54,654 bases of DNA, filler included, from Dimargaris cristalligena (GCA_003614675.1; 2 parts of 2 records of this genome joined end to end with filler, not necessarily neighbours in it), one strand, 5' to 3'; positions 13,595 through 27,292 are shown, counted from the whole stretch's first letter. A program made the numbers and translations. The notes: a model not told the origin generated them from the letters alone.

Positions 13595-15146
13595 TCGACA
13601 GACTAACTCGATGGAGGGGTGGAAGGAAGAGAATGCCGAAGGAGTAGGGTGCGTTGAAAATATAGGGTTATCGAATTGCCTATGAATAAGAAAGGGTGAT
13701 TAAAAGAAGAATAGGAAAAAAGGGTGGACAAGGGAAGTGGAATGAGGTGGTACCGGTTACAGTGCTCTAACCACAGGTATACGAGAAATAGGCTGAAATA
13801 AGCGAGTGGAATGAACCGGGAGGGGGCTGCAGACGGTTACAGCACAGGGAGGAGGAAATATACCCACCCTCCAAGCCAAGGAATAATAATAAACAGCCAG
13901 CTGTAGACAGAGACACACACGAGTGCTGGGTATTATATAAAAGGGGGGAGTGGGCAAAATAGATAGCAGCGGCCACTACGGTCTTCTTCAAAGAGTAGCT
14001 TGAAAGGTGAGACGAGTCAAAAGGGCAAAAATACAAGACGGGCGATACCACAAAGAACTGCAAAGGAGAAAAATAATAATAGGCGAGGTGCAAATGTTAT
14101 ATATGGAGACAGAGTGAAAGGAAGAAGGGATAAGAAGTAAGTGAAAGGAATAGAAGAGTGCGGCAATTAGGGGAATGTGGAGTACAAAGAAAGGAAAGGA
14201 AAAGGCAAGAGATGAGACGGCGGGACGACAGGAGCGGTTTCAAGCGAAGAAAAGCCGTTGTAATAGAGAATGTGCCTATCCATCATAGTGGGAAATCAAC
14301 CCACCTAAGACCCTACTTGCCTAACGCATACACCCACAAACTCCTCTAATCTACGCGTGCATACATCCCAATTTACACCCATCCACACTATACGCGCGTA
14401 TATACTAAACTCCATCGAGAGAAAAAAAGACCAGTGGGAAGAAAATCGACACTCCCCCATATGGCCCCGTGTGGTTGCCCAAAACCAAGCCCCACAACCC
14501 CTCCTCCTCCATATCCCCTCACACACTCTTTTCCATTGGCCATGGTCATATAACCCACTCACACCCCCTCCCCCGACGAACCAACGGCCCTCCGCCATCA
14601 CCATACACCGACATGCACCCACATTAATGTTCCCGAATGACTAATAGCCAACAGAGAGGCCTACAGTTACACCCACAATAATGCGATACAGCCAGTTTCA
14701 CTCACTCCCATTCGACGGTGTACGGGGGGACCAGTCTCGCAGGGATGTATGCCGACACAGCAAACAGACCCTATAACCAGTATGTGAAACCCAAGGAGTG
14801 CGGAAGGCCGCTGTTAAGTGAGCTAGTCAACAACTAGCCTAGCTGTATGTATGTATTTCCATCGCCGCTTTCCCGCTTGTTAGCCATCCGCACTCGTGAT
14901 AACAACCAGCCCATTTATTCCTAACTATTATAATCCAAAAAGGCTACATTAAGCAACTGAATAAAGTAACGAATAGCGCGGGGGGTATGAGGGGGGGGAT
15001 ACCGCCCAAGGAGGTAGCAACTCACTGGTTCGTGATGCAAATCGACCGAACCGATGGCTATAGAACTCCTCCATCCATATAAAGCAACACTTCCCCATGT
15101 GGCCTAAAATAGAATACGGGGCGCATACACACCCAGCGTGGCCAAT

Positions 15147-17591
15147 TTAGAAGTGGGGGCGCTTACCCGCCTTTTTGGTGGTGGGCGAACCCGCCTCCTC
15201 TTCCTCTTCGTCGGTGGCTTCAGAGGCAGTGTCGTCATCCAGAAGGAATTCTGCTCTAGGGTTAGGATAGTTGGGGATATAGGATGATACCAAGGATATC
15301 GTATTATACATGTATATATATATATAGATATATATTCCAAAATAAATTCAGAGGTTAGTCAATAGCTATACATTACATTAACAATTTGGCACCAAAAAAA
15401 AACTAATACCCAATGGTGTAGCCGTACCCCCAAAATGCCTTTTATAACACCGACTTACTTGTATGCCAAATCGTCTAGGGGAATGCGATCACTGCCATTC
15501 CCCTGGTCATGTAGAGTAGCTGCCGAAGAGCTTGCTTCCCTATCCATAAACCGCCCGTACCAGGACTTGGATCTAGAGCCACCTTTATCGGTCCCACCGA
15601 TATCGCCGGGGTCTTCGTTGGGATCAACCTGGCGATACTCTTGGCCATGGGCGGCCTGCGAACGTCTCCGTTTAGCCCGGTAGTACAGCCCGTAGCCAAT
15701 GGCCACTAGCAAGAGAACCGTTATCACAAAAGTACCGATACTTTAGGGTTGAGGGGCCGGGGTGATACAGTAATCCATAAATCAGTCGAACATGCGCGTT
15801 AGTTGAAATATGTGCTAACCAACTTCAGGCCGTTAGGCTCGTAGGGTTCATGCAGGCCAATTAAGCACGGTTAAGTCGCCTTATAACATCAGCTCATCGA
15901 GAAATCCACAAATGTGTAAAATATGAGAGGAACGAGCTGGCATGGAAAATCCATTGTGAAGGTTACATAATAGCCTCGGGTTATACTTACAAATAGCCTG
16001 CCCGATTTTTAGTGGGAAGTTGAATCTCATCCTCATCCATATGGTTCTAATGATAGAGTGCGCCAGAGATGGGGTGTGATTCAGATACGGTTAGTGCATA
16101 GAGCGATATAGTGTCGGCTGTTTCATTATCAACCCGATGACTCTTGCAAGCCATGTCAAAGCCATTACTACAGAGGTGGTGAGTCGCTCACACCAGGGAA
16201 AGGTAATCTCGTCATCCTAAACTTACCACTGGGAGCAAATCCGATTTGTAGGCGTAGCGCGACCGGTCCGTGCCAATCAATCTAGCCATAAGGTCGAACA
16301 ATTCGAGGGGCGCGTCCACACCGGCCATGTGACTCGCATTAAAGAGACGCACGTAGGTTAAATTCCGTTCCGAACGGTAGTACCCCGCCTCGCCCCCATC
16401 GACCCGCCACGTCTGAAACCGGGGCTCCCGGAATCCCTGGTGGCCGCCCCAGGTCATGTGCTGATTCGACCGCTCCACGCCCAAATAATTGCAAAGAATA
16501 TCCTTATCGCCGTTGATGAGCATGATGGGAATCTGATCCAACAGATCGGGCAACAAGTCCACCGAGGGCCGGTTGATGGTATTGGCCAACCGCTTCCCCA
16601 CTTGGGTATTACATTCGTTCCACTGGTCCCAGCGGCGGTCGCCGACATGGAGGGCCCGCCATACCTCCGGTTGCCGGAAGTACTCGGTGAAGACGTGGAT
16701 TTTAGGAGGCCAGTTCATACCGCAGTCCGGGATGGTGTCCACCAGACGGTAGTCGTAGGAATTGTAACATTGGCCTTCAGCAGGATTCGAAAGGTCCAGG
16801 TACCGGGTTACTCCGTTTTCGCAGACGGGGCTACTTATCCGTGGCGCGTGTTGCACATAGTCGGCCCGGCACTGCTCCCACAATTCCCGTAGGGCGTTGT
16901 TCTGACTCGCGGGGTGGAGCTGGTGGAGCGTCGAAAAGTCGAAGAGGGCCTGGTACTGGATGAGCGGATCGAGCCAGGCACTGCCGATGGATGCCCCACG
17001 GAGCGGGAACGGAGCCCCCTGCGCGTGATCATCATTACGCCGGAGCATCTCCTGCGCAATGTACGGAATATACACGCCGGCTTGACTCTCACCGGCCAGG
17101 TAAATGTCGAAATCCCGGAGTTCGGTAAACAGGGCCCAGAATTTCGTTAAAAAGGTCAAGAAATGGTCCGTGGACACGGTATAGTCCCGGGCGTAGTCGG
17201 CGATGGGCGCGTAGGAGAATCCCGTGCCCAGTGGCTGGTCCACGTACAGCATAACCGCTTGTTCGGTCATGCTCCATTCCCTCCGTTCGACCGTATCGTC
17301 CTCCGCAGCGAACTGAAAAGGGCCGTTCTCCAAGAACACGCCGTCGAGGCTGGTGCAGCCGGGTCCGCCGTTGAACCACACGATAAGCTTGTTGACCTTA
17401 TCGGGGGCTTGGATGTCGGGTATCAGAGTGGTGTTGAGCATAAGCCAAAAAAATAAGCTGCCCTGCCCATCCTCACTGACCGGAATGTGGCCAGCGTATT
17501 GGGTTAGGTCTTCCGCGGGCGCCCGTTGGCGAGGCAATTGGCCGACCCGGAAGGGCTCCACCGCGGGGTTCGAAAATACTGGACTGGCCAT
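15147..17591 (-). CDS. KEX1: Kex1-like S10 serine carboxypeptidase, type I membrane protein; exons 17591-16227, 16046-15991, 15740-15459, 15255-15147 (603 aa)
   Basis: WFNGGPGCTS, YVDQPLGTGFS, GESQAG (catalytic Ser), NGDKDILCN (Asp) and NASHMAG (His). The spliced C-terminus gives a TM helix (FIGTFVITVLLLVAIGYGLYY-RAKRRR) and an acidic cytosolic tail. All donors are GTAAGT and the frame is continuous over 1812 nt. Confidence 0.9.
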
Positions 17592-19973
17592 TGATGAAGG
17601 GAATGGATGAATGGGTGGCTGCGAAGACTAGGGGGGAAACCCGGTCGAACTGGGAAGTTGGCGTAGGACTACTGTCTGGGTAACAATTGCTCTATTTTTA
17701 GAAGTAACCGAACCGCCTGGTCTGAATGGTATATTACAAGAATGGAGGAGATGTCTCGAGGCTAAAGCCAATGGTCGACTAAGTAAGGAGGTCAAAGAAG
17801 GCGGTAAGAGACAGCGACTTACTCAGTAGGAGGAATTCGGCGGGTCCTGGTTGTCCAAGGTAAGTGGTTGGGTTGAGTCAGTAGAATATTCTGACCAGGC
17901 GGGGGCGGGCACACTGCCTCCCCCTAGCCTTTCTCCACTACTTTACTGTGGGAGCAAAGCTCAACAATCAAATTCGCCACTTTTGATATACACCCCCTTT
18001 CTCGTCTATCATGCGGCCGTGGTATAATAAAGGGAGTTGGCGGAAACTACTTCGAATGGGCCCCCTATCTATATATCATAAATAAATAAATATACACCTC
18101 GTTTATGATATAGACTATAAATATTATTGTTTGACAGATAAAGAGCGTGACTAGGTGATGGTGTACGCCAATGAAAAAGATGCAATGGTTTAGAGCATGT
18201 CTTACTTGTTTAGATTGATTTCAATACTATTAGACGTACTTACTATTCCAGCTGGCTGATTTGAGTCGGAAATTTATTGGGTGACGCCAAAACAATACGC
18301 CGAGAGCGGCACAAGAGCACTGAGTTAATCAGACACAAGGGTCACCATATTTCCCCAACCGGCTTTTTGGGACATTATTAATAGCTCCCACGCACTTATT
18401 TAGGGGACATGTATCTTCCAATTATAACCCATCTGGGCCAAGCCTACGGAAGTTGTCGTTCCGTCCGTCTCCCTCCCCCGTATATCGTCGTTCGGTATCT
18501 TCATTCATCCCTTGCCTTCCGCCCGTCCATGTGTTATAGTGGGCCCTTGTAATGGTTATTGCTCAAATTAGGGATAATCACTGAGCACCTCCGTGCGTGA
18601 TGGAAAGCCCAGGTGGGGGGAATAGGTATATAGGAGGGCAGGGCTTCCACTTTGTCCTTACAGAATGGGTTCTCGATTCCAGTGAGCTCGAAAATCCGCC
18701 AGCAAACCATTTCCCTCTTTGATTTTACCGAGAGCCCTCCTCCATAACCGAATTTAAACCCCCGGACAAATATCATCTACCCTTACAGCCTTCCGTTCTC
18801 CACATTACAGGTATTCATTAAAAGGCAATCCAATAATACATTGGGCGCGAATCCTTTCCCTACTTCCTTCACGTAGTAGACCCTGATAGGTGAAACCAAG
18901 TTAGGCCTAACCTTTCCAACCACTCATCCGCGACCCTTTCAACCGAAGTGTGACTCAAAGGGTTCGGAAATCACTATTCACTACTTGGCACTGCACCCAT
19001 CAATAAAATGTCGGTTCCAGTTGGCGAGAGCACTGAGTAGCGGAATATCTGGGGTGCGGACCTTCAACTTAACTCAACTCAACTTCGCCATCGGGCTCTA
19101 CTGTATACAACTACTGGTCGGCTTCATTAACCAACCGCGTGCGCATCTTCCCAAGATTCGATTCTCGACGACATTGCCTATTTTACATCCAGGCGGCAAT
19201 CACTTTAATAATGCCACCCATGGACGAGGCACCAATACAACCCCCGCTTGTCCACCCGACGACGGATCACCGGCCAATCCACTCCCAAAGGTGCAAGCGT
19301 CAGCGACTCAGACTAGGAAACCCCTACTTGTGAAAGGGCAGGCTCAGCAAGTCAAATTTCGTGTTCCGCAGGTTGGATTAGGGTGAATGGGTGGAAACAC
19401 TGGTTCGAAATACGGCGTATGAGGGTAAATCGCGTCGTTGAATTGCCTATTTAGGCATGCACATCGGTAAATTTACGGGCAAAGCATGCGGAGTCAATGG
19501 ATGGGGGATGTGCCTCCCTTGCCGAGCCCCTATTTGCTTCAGGAAACGGCTAACCACCCTCCACCTCACCTCCCCCAGCCACTTGTATTCCCCACCCCCA
19601 CTCCTCACCGTCTTTTCCACCTGTTGGTACAACGATTGGGCTATTTTAGATGAATGGTGCGACCATACAGGCGCCTCCGTCGGATATCACCCTCCCATCT
19701 CTTCATCATCACCGTCCCCGTTTCGAGTCCAACGAGTACACCCCCCGGCATTTTGGCAAGATATAAAAATGTATTTAGTTCGCCCCCCGGAGCGATAATT
19801 CACAGATTACCATTGATTTTATCCCTTAATTCACAGATATTCCTCTTGACACCTTAATATTAGGGTAGTTCGGTTCCCATCCCCACACTGTATTGTCTAT
19901 TTTCGCTTTAAGATTATCCTCTCTCCACATTCTCCAAACCCCTCGTTTTAGGAAACTACACACCACTGTCACC

Positions 19974-20534
19974 ATGAAGATCACTTTTGCTGCCTCTGCT
20001 TCCCTAGTCCTGGCCCTCACCGCCGTTTCCAACGCTGAGCTGTCGGCTGACAAAATGTCCTGTATTCGGGAGGCCCAGTGCCTCAGCGACCCCCAAGTAT
20101 GCCTCGCCGAGTGCTTCAACATGTCCAGCGAGAAATACGCGGAAACCGAAACCTGCTTCAATGGTTGTCTCAACGCCGCCGGTGACGCCGACCAGGCCTG
20201 TGTAACTAAATGCCAGGCCGAGGCTACCCAGATTTTGGGCGCCAGTTTGGATGATATCCAGCAGGCCCTTAATGACATTTATGACGAGGAGCAGGGCCAG
20301 AGTAGCTCTACTTCAGCTTCCGCCACCACCACCTCTTCGGCCGTTTCTTCTGCGGTTTCCTCCGCCTCCAGCAGTGCCCGGGCCTCCTCCTCGACGACTA
20401 CCAGCACCCGTCCCTCAAGCAACTCTTCATCAGATGATTTTGATGACGACGAGTCTTCGGGTACCACCACTTTCGGCGTCCTTAGTGGCTCAATGACCCT
20501 GGCTGCTCTGGCCGTTGCCCGCTTCCACTTGTAA
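19974..20534 (+). CDS. Secreted 8-Cys, Ser/Thr-rich, probable GPI-anchored surface protein, paralog 1 (186 aa)
   Basis: Signal peptide MKITFAASASLVLALTAVSNA, 8-Cys domain, S/T stalk, acidic patch and hydrophobic C-terminus GVLSGSMTLAALAVARFHL; TATA at ~19761. Confidence 0.88.
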   Translation: MKITFAASASLVLALTAVSNAELSADKMSCIREAQCLSDPQVCLAECFNMSSEKYAETETCFNGCLNAAGDADQACVTKCQAEATQILGASLDDIQQALNDIYDEEQGQSSSTSASATTTSSAVSSAVSSASSSARASSSTTTSTRPSSNSSSDDFDDDESSGTTTFGVLSGSMTLAALAVARFHL

Positions 20535-22002
20535 AAACGGATGGTCCAGTGTTTGGATCAGTGCAAGCATGCATAGGATTGCTGGACAAAGTGGCCGAGT
20601 GAAGTTTGGACAACCACCCCTCCCACCCATGAGGAAAAGTACTGTAGAGACGTTCGATGATTTCCCCTACCATATATAGACCGGGCCTGGATTATTTAGT
20701 GTTTTTTTTTAGTTTCCCACCCATCCTTTCAGGTCCCCTTCTCTCGCATTCTTTTTATGCGTTATTCGGTTAAACAGCCTCCCCCAAACTTTGGCCCTTC
20801 AACTGCGTTCTATTGTTATAATAAAATCCCCCCATAATTTAGCGTCGCCTATTTCCTTTTTTTATATGTATTTTTTGTAAAGCCTGGCCGCCGGGCCTGA
20901 AACTTGTTTGGGTGCGTTGCTGTGGAAAGGGTTACTCCCGGCCCATCAATTAGCCCTAATTCACACACATCACGGTACGGTGTCTGGGTGCTCACCAAGC
21001 GAGCAATCCACACGTCGGTCATTTTTCGACCTTAGCAAACGGGTACAGGAAGTACCGCCGCACACTACAACACTTGGATAACGGGATTCACGAATGTCAC
21101 GTATAATGAATGGATGCTACCTAATGACCTTTCGGATAAGGGTCCAAATCGTACTCCAGTGTTTGCGAACACTCCCGTTTATTCTACATCCCCTGCTGTA
21201 GAGTCTGCGTGTTGTTGAATGTTAAGGTCTGCTTTGGAGACCCAAACTGGAACCAAGTTCCTCCGGTCCTATCTGTTAGTGTAGATAATATTCAAGCCAT
21301 TAAATGTCTATTCACGTGGGCTTCGGCCCCATTTTTCCAACGGATAACACGCTACGCTGACTGCCTTTCTTATAGCGACAACGTAATAGCAATATAGATA
21401 CTTCGGTATAGCATTAAAGGGCCTACTATGGGTATAATCTCAGGACTTGATTTAGCCCATGGGGCCTACAGTTGCATTGGCTTTGTAATGCCTATTGGTA
21501 ATGTCGAGGGGGGGGGACGTATGCGCTAACTTTAACCCAATATCTTCAGTGTGGCCTGCGAGGAGACGCGGGTAGTGACGCCTTGAAATTTGAGTGTAGA
21601 CGTGGGATAGACGGCAAGGCTAAGGGCCTCCAATTAAAATTTAAGAAAATAACAGAAGGGGATCGTCATGGCTGATCTTACAATCAGGTCATAAACGGTA
21701 TGATTGTTTGGACTTGGGACGAAAAACGTGCGGGTGCTTCAATTACCAAATTCCACCTTCTGAACCCTCTCCGCCCCTTCTACATTTTCAAAGTTCTACC
21801 ACGTACACCCAGCATCCCGACTGGAATATAAAATGAATCGAAGTTCACGCCTCAGCTGAATATTCCTTCATCCTCATTTATATACCCTTTAATTTTAACG
21901 ACCCACCCGCCCTTCTCCCCTTGCCAGGCAAGCTCTGTCCATCTAACACTTTTACGCCCCCTCCGTTCACATTTCGCTAAAAGATAAATATAATCAGTCA
22001 TC

Positions 22003-22662
22003 ATGAAGTCCACCTTTGCCGCCACTTCCGTCCTCCTTGCCATGGCCACCCTGACCAACGCTGCGCTGCCCGCCGACAAGATCCAGTGTATCGAGGATGC
22101 CGGCTGCACCACTGGTCCCAAGCTCTGCTACACCAAGTGTTTCATGACCGAGGCCCAGTACGATGAGACTGACGCTTGCTTCAACGGCTGCATTGGCGCC
22201 GATGGTACGCCCGACGGTAACTGCTGGACCGACTGCCAGGCCAAGGCCACCGCCATCGTGGGCGTTAAGTTGAGCGATATCGATGGTACCATCGCCCAGT
22301 ACTACGGTGACGGCGCGGCCGATACCGTCGAAAGCTCCACCGCCGCCGCTGACTCCTCCGCCACGGCTGCTTCCTCGACCGGTGCTTCCGTCACTGCCTC
22401 TGACTCCGAAACCGAATCGGCCACCGACTCCGCTAGCAGCGCCAAGTCCACTGGTGCCACCAAGACCGCCAACAGCTCCGCCGTTTCCTCCGTCGCCAGC
22501 AGTGCCAAGTCGACCGCTTCCAGCAGCAAGAGCACCCACGCCGTCACCACCCCTTCGTCCGGTGATGATGATGAGGACGACTCCTCGTCTGCTTCCACCA
22601 TCGGTGCCCTCACCGGTTCCATGACTCTGGCTGCTCTGGCCGTCGCTCATTTCAACCTCTAA
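22003..22662 (+). CDS. Secreted 8-Cys, Ser/Thr-rich, probable GPI-anchored surface protein, paralog 2 (219 aa)
   Basis: Same architecture and Cys spacing as paralog 1; C-terminus GALTGSMTLAALAVAHFNL; TATA at ~21826. Confidence 0.9.
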   Translation: MKSTFAATSVLLAMATLTNAALPADKIQCIEDAGCTTGPKLCYTKCFMTEAQYDETDACFNGCIGADGTPDGNCWTDCQAKATAIVGVKLSDIDGTIAQYYGDGAADTVESSTAAADSSATAASSTGASVTASDSETESATDSASSAKSTGATKTANSSAVSSVASSAKSTASSSKSTHAVTTPSSGDDDEDDSSSASTIGALTGSMTLAALAVAHFNL

Positions 22663-23920
22663 ATCTACATATCTACACATATGTTAGAGCGACCAATTGA
22701 ATGGCTAGGTAAGGACAGGGAGATTTATTCTCGGTGAATAAAAGATATCATCTGCTTCAGATGGGTATTTCCGTATGCAAGCTGACCCTGGCTTCCTAAT
22801 GCATGTATGATTATCTTCGTCCATCATTTTGGCCTTTTCGCACTCTCCCTCCACCCCGCTCATTTAGCCCTGTTATACAGCCTTGCCAGCTCCAAATCTT
22901 TCGACTGTGCTATGTTTAATAAACACTTAACTTAATTCTGCATGCGAAATGCAAGTATTGATTATTAGCAAATCAACCCGAAGGAACTCTCCCCCTACCA
23001 AGCCCTTGGTATTTGATACTTAGCGCGAGCGAATGTTCCAATTTAATGAAACACGCTGCTTTGAACAAGTGGTATCGTTTGTATTCTGACACCAGACTTT
23101 CCATTGATTTCAACAGTATATTCTCTTTACTACTTTTTATTGTGTATATCCGCCTCAATAGTTCGAAACCAGACAGAGCTATGAAGCGAACACTGTCATG
23201 ATTATTAATCGTACAACCCACTTATAATAGAGCGTTAACGGTTGGTGATGGATGTGGATCTAGGTCACCCTTGTTTTACACATTACCCATATACTTGGGC
23301 AATTGATCAACAATTGACAAGGTCCCACAGTCACTTAATTATGAAACACTATGCTTTGACGCACTTCCCACCTGTCTTAATATAGTGCACCTTTGCCGTC
23401 AATGTCCCGCGAGTTGAATACAACGGATATCTTCAAACTTGATTGCCTCAAATTGTTGCGGTCAGGCCGAATTGGACTGAGGTCTATCATAGTAACTGAG
23501 TGGAGTTTCGAGTGGGGTGAAGTTGGTAGCATAATTTAAGTATAAGGTTTTTATAATAGCATTTTATAAAGACCTAAGGTTCGCCGGGTGATGCGAATCA
23601 ATTTCTAATGTATACCGTAGGTCGTTTAGTATGTGGATAGGGCCGGTAACCGTTCTTTGCCTTTCGGGCGGAGCTTTTACTTTAGGAGGATCAGGTGGCC
23701 TCGGCGTTGCTAGTAGGGTCGGTCCCTTCCAGTGGTTGCAAAATGATATAGCCATCACTGCAAGATCGACGATGCGGTTGCTTGGAAGATGATTAATCGG
23801 TATAAGTATTGCCATGTTGCCTATGGTAATGTCATATCTAGGCCTCGTGTGGTCTATGCACAGACCTCGGGGCTAATGCTAAACCTTTACCATGTATTCA
23901 CTGCTAAAGGCTCATAGACA

Positions 23921-24063
23921 ATATGGGTGAAGTTCAGCTTGGTTGTATAAGGTTTTAACTGATGTGTATGGGAAAATCAGCAGGATGTTCATTTTAAACC
24001 AGTAGTATTTGCCTCATCAAATGGATTTTTTGTTATACAGCCTTGTTGAACTACTCCCATATG
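23921..24063 (+). mobile_element. MITE-like dispersed repeat, copy 3
   Basis: atatGGGTGAAGTTC ... GGATTTTTTGTTATACAGCC ... GAACTACTCCCatatg; colinear with 11146-11291. Confidence 0.85.
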
Positions 24064-24971
24064 GTGTGTGGTTGGGGGTTGATTCATTGGTATTGTAGAC
24101 AGGTCGGCTTGGTAATTAGAGTTGTAGATCCATTGTCAGTGCACATAAACAGTGGTGGCTGATTGATTGAGCCAATACAGTGAAGATCTCTTTTGAATTA
24201 CACCCTCCCCATCCCTATCCTCATCCCTATCCTCATCCCTGTCTCTTCCACTTTGACTCTACAATAGCATATTTCCAACTTCCGGTTAAGGTACGGCGTA
24301 TATTATTGGATCGAACACCCACTAAACAAACTCGGCTCCAATGCTTACAGTGGTTGAAGTATTTGGGGTTTGCATTAAACTTCACCTCTTTTTGTTCCGC
24401 CGAACTTAACTACCCCCTACATCACCGCTGGAGAGGTTAAATGGCCAAGAGTCGGAAAAGCACACCATTTTAAGCCAACGTCATTGACTTAACACGTCTG
24501 TTTATGCGTATATTAATATCCATGCATATGTCTAAATATAGCCCTACTGTATTAGTGATGTATGGGCTCACTTCACTTTCAAACTAAATCATATTTTTGG
24601 GGAGACTTTTCTTTACAAGGATGTGCGAGTTTTTTAGGGACATGCAATAGCTCACGTTGCTCCGAAAAGATACCCGCTGTCAGCCTCTAGCAAAATCTAA
24701 CCCTACAGCCTATTATTACCTTGACAAGTCTCATGTGGGTCTTATTGTTATACATACATAAGCTGTGTATAATATCCGCAATAGGTAAACACCCCCTCTT
24801 TATCCGATGCACATGGTTTACAGTTCATGAGACTAAACCTCATGGAATAATTGGAATGTAGGGAGTTCAACCATGTTGCTCGAGTTTTGATAGTTGGCCT
24901 TGGAGCTCAAGATCCACCCCATTCTTGCCTATCATTTTTAATACCTGAACTTGTAAATTATATTAAATAAA

Positions 24972-25115
24972 CCATATATAAGCGATATTCAACCCACCGG
25001 TATAATTTAGTGAATGAAATGCAACCGATAAAAGTCGGTGGAAATGCATTTTCAACCAACCAATGCTGTTTGATTAACCGGATTTTTCGTTATACGACTA
25101 AACTGAAGTGTCCCT
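24972..25115 (+). mobile_element. Highly decayed copy of the same MITE-like repeat
   Basis: Retains GATATTCAACCC, CATTTTCAACCA and GGATTTTTCGTTATAC blocks at the expected spacing; termini are eroded. Confidence 0.5.
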
Positions 25116-26305
25116 CTCCCGCATCCAAGCCTAAGTTGTTGAGGGGTTCGGCTCCAAATACCGCTACATATGGATAGCTGACCACATAGTTACAGCCTGA
25201 GTTATTACTAAGAATCCGTCTGAGGTTTGCTCTATGCCTACCTGTACAGCTATCTGGCCTGCTCACCGGGCTGCCATGCTGGTCACGAAGTATTCAGGGA
25301 CATACTTGCAATTATACGTATTGTATAGCCTGGTCGATTAACTTGATAACAGGCTTTTGTTGTTGGTTGGCCAACTGTTGTGTCCTGAAAGTCAGTATCT
25401 AGCTGAGTAGCATTATCCACTACATCGACTAGGATTGAAGGATTCCCACCTGTTCAAAAGCCACTTTCTTTGGTTGGACAAAGCGGGCATTCTTTTATTT
25501 GGCCGCCGACGTGCTTCACAAGTGAAAGAACACCCAATTCCCGTGGTTGAGCTCCAGTAATTATGCTTGGGCCACTGATCGTCCGGTCACAGGACCCGTG
25601 GTGCCCACTTCTAAGACGTGGCCCTACATCTCCCCCCTCTCCTCTCCGCTCGTTCGCCCTACTGCCCGGAAAGATGTTGTACGTATTATGGAAGGGGCGG
25701 GACAACAACAGGTCAGTTTATCAACCAAACACAGACCCTAGTTTAATCCTTTGAACAGGGCTCGCTGCTGTAGTTCTTTGGTGGTACACAATCTTGTCAA
25801 ATTCCTGATGGTCACCCCGGGGCCAATTGGAGAGGTCATAAAGTGATTCCGTACATGAGGCGTCTGCGTATGTCGAATAAACAGTCGGCGCGAGGCATGT
25901 GGATGCGCCAAGTACTTCCAATTGAAAAGCAAGGCATTGGGAGGCTGGCAATCAGTGAGGTTGATTACTATACCGTTGGCCTATTACCGCAATGCTTGCC
26001 CTTGCCAAGCACAATGGAACGGACATACATCCATTCGAGACTCCCCCTTGCCCACCACACCTTCCGTATTTCAGCCTAGCAAGTTGAGGTTTTATTGTTG
26101 CTCGGAATATATAATGGGCTATTAGTTCACACCTTCACACTGTACTTTTAGATCATCCCCCTAATTCCCCGTTAATTCACCGATAGTTCGCCTAATCAGT
26201 TAATATTCAATATAGTCATCTTCCCCCTTGGTCATTCAATTACCATCCCCGTACCACGTAATTCAACCCACATCCCACCTCACATTTTTTAGGATAACCG
26301 ATATC

Positions 26306-26932
26306 ATGAAGACCATCATTGTTTCCGCTTCCCTGCTTTTCGCTTTTGCCGCCACCGCTGCCGCCGAGCTGTCCGCTGACAAATATACCTGTCTGGAAGA
26401 GGCCAAGTGCAACAGCGGTCCTGCGCTCTGCTACTCCGAGTGCTTCGGGATGACCGAGGCCCAGTACAATGAAGTCGATGCTTGCTTTAACGAATGTACC
26501 ACTGACCAGGTCTGCGCCGCCAAATGCGGGGCCCAAGCCAGCGAAATCCTGGGTGCCGACCTAAGCGACGTCCAAAAGGCCCTCAGCGAGATCTACGCTG
26601 CCGATATTGACGCCGCCCAGAGCAGCGCCACGGCCTCCTCCACTGAATCGACCTCGGCGTCCGAATCCGCTTCGGCGTCGACTACCGAGAGTGAGTCTGT
26701 CTCGGATTCAGTATCTGCGTCGGCTTCGACCACTTCGGCTGCTTCCTCGGCCGCCAGCAGTGTCCACTCGACTGCTTCGGCTTCCCGAAGCGCTTCTTCC
26801 TCCTCCAGCCGCCCTTCGTCGGGCGATTCGGATGAGCCGGAGGAGGATGAATCCTCCAGTGCCTCGACCATCGGTGCCTTTACTGGCTCCGTGGCCCTGG
26901 CTGCCGTGGCCGTCGCTCGCTTCAACTTCTAA
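26306..26932 (+). CDS. Secreted 8-Cys, Ser/Thr-rich, probable GPI-anchored surface protein, paralog 3 (208 aa)
   Basis: Signal peptide MKTIIVSASLLFAFAATAAA, ELSADK start shared with paralog 1, 8 Cys, S/T stalk and C-terminus GAFTGSVALAAVAVARFNF; TATA at ~26107. Confidence 0.9.
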   Translation: MKTIIVSASLLFAFAATAAAELSADKYTCLEEAKCNSGPALCYSECFGMTEAQYNEVDACFNECTTDQVCAAKCGAQASEILGADLSDVQKALSEIYAADIDAAQSSATASSTESTSASESASASTTESESVSDSVSASASTTSAASSAASSVHSTASASRSASSSSSRPSSGDSDEPEEDESSSASTIGAFTGSVALAAVAVARFNF

Positions 26933-27292
26933 ACGGGTACGTGTGTGTGTTTCACCATGTCCCTCCTTAGTGCCTTTGCGTTGATTTGAGGGATATTTCA
27001 AGCTAACTGGATTTAATTTCTTAAGTCTTTTTTTCTTATATATCCCTGTCCCAACCCTTGTTTTTAATGTTTGCGATCATCAATGCCGTAATGTAGGCTA
27101 ATTTATCATCCATTTGTTAATGTTATACAGTCCATCTGGTTAGATATTACTTTTTTTTTGGCCCCACCCCCCGCATTTCAATAAATACCCCATCTAATTT
27201 TAAAAATGCCACTCGTTGAGTGAATGAATAAAAGGGCCGAAGCCTTCCAATTTTTCATGGTTTCACTTTGCCCCCTTCCCCCAAAAGTGGAC

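Noticed and set aside
19974-26932. CFEM or hydrophobin assignment for the 8-Cys proteins
   Set aside because: The spacing lacks the CFEM CxC and the hydrophobin CC doublets.
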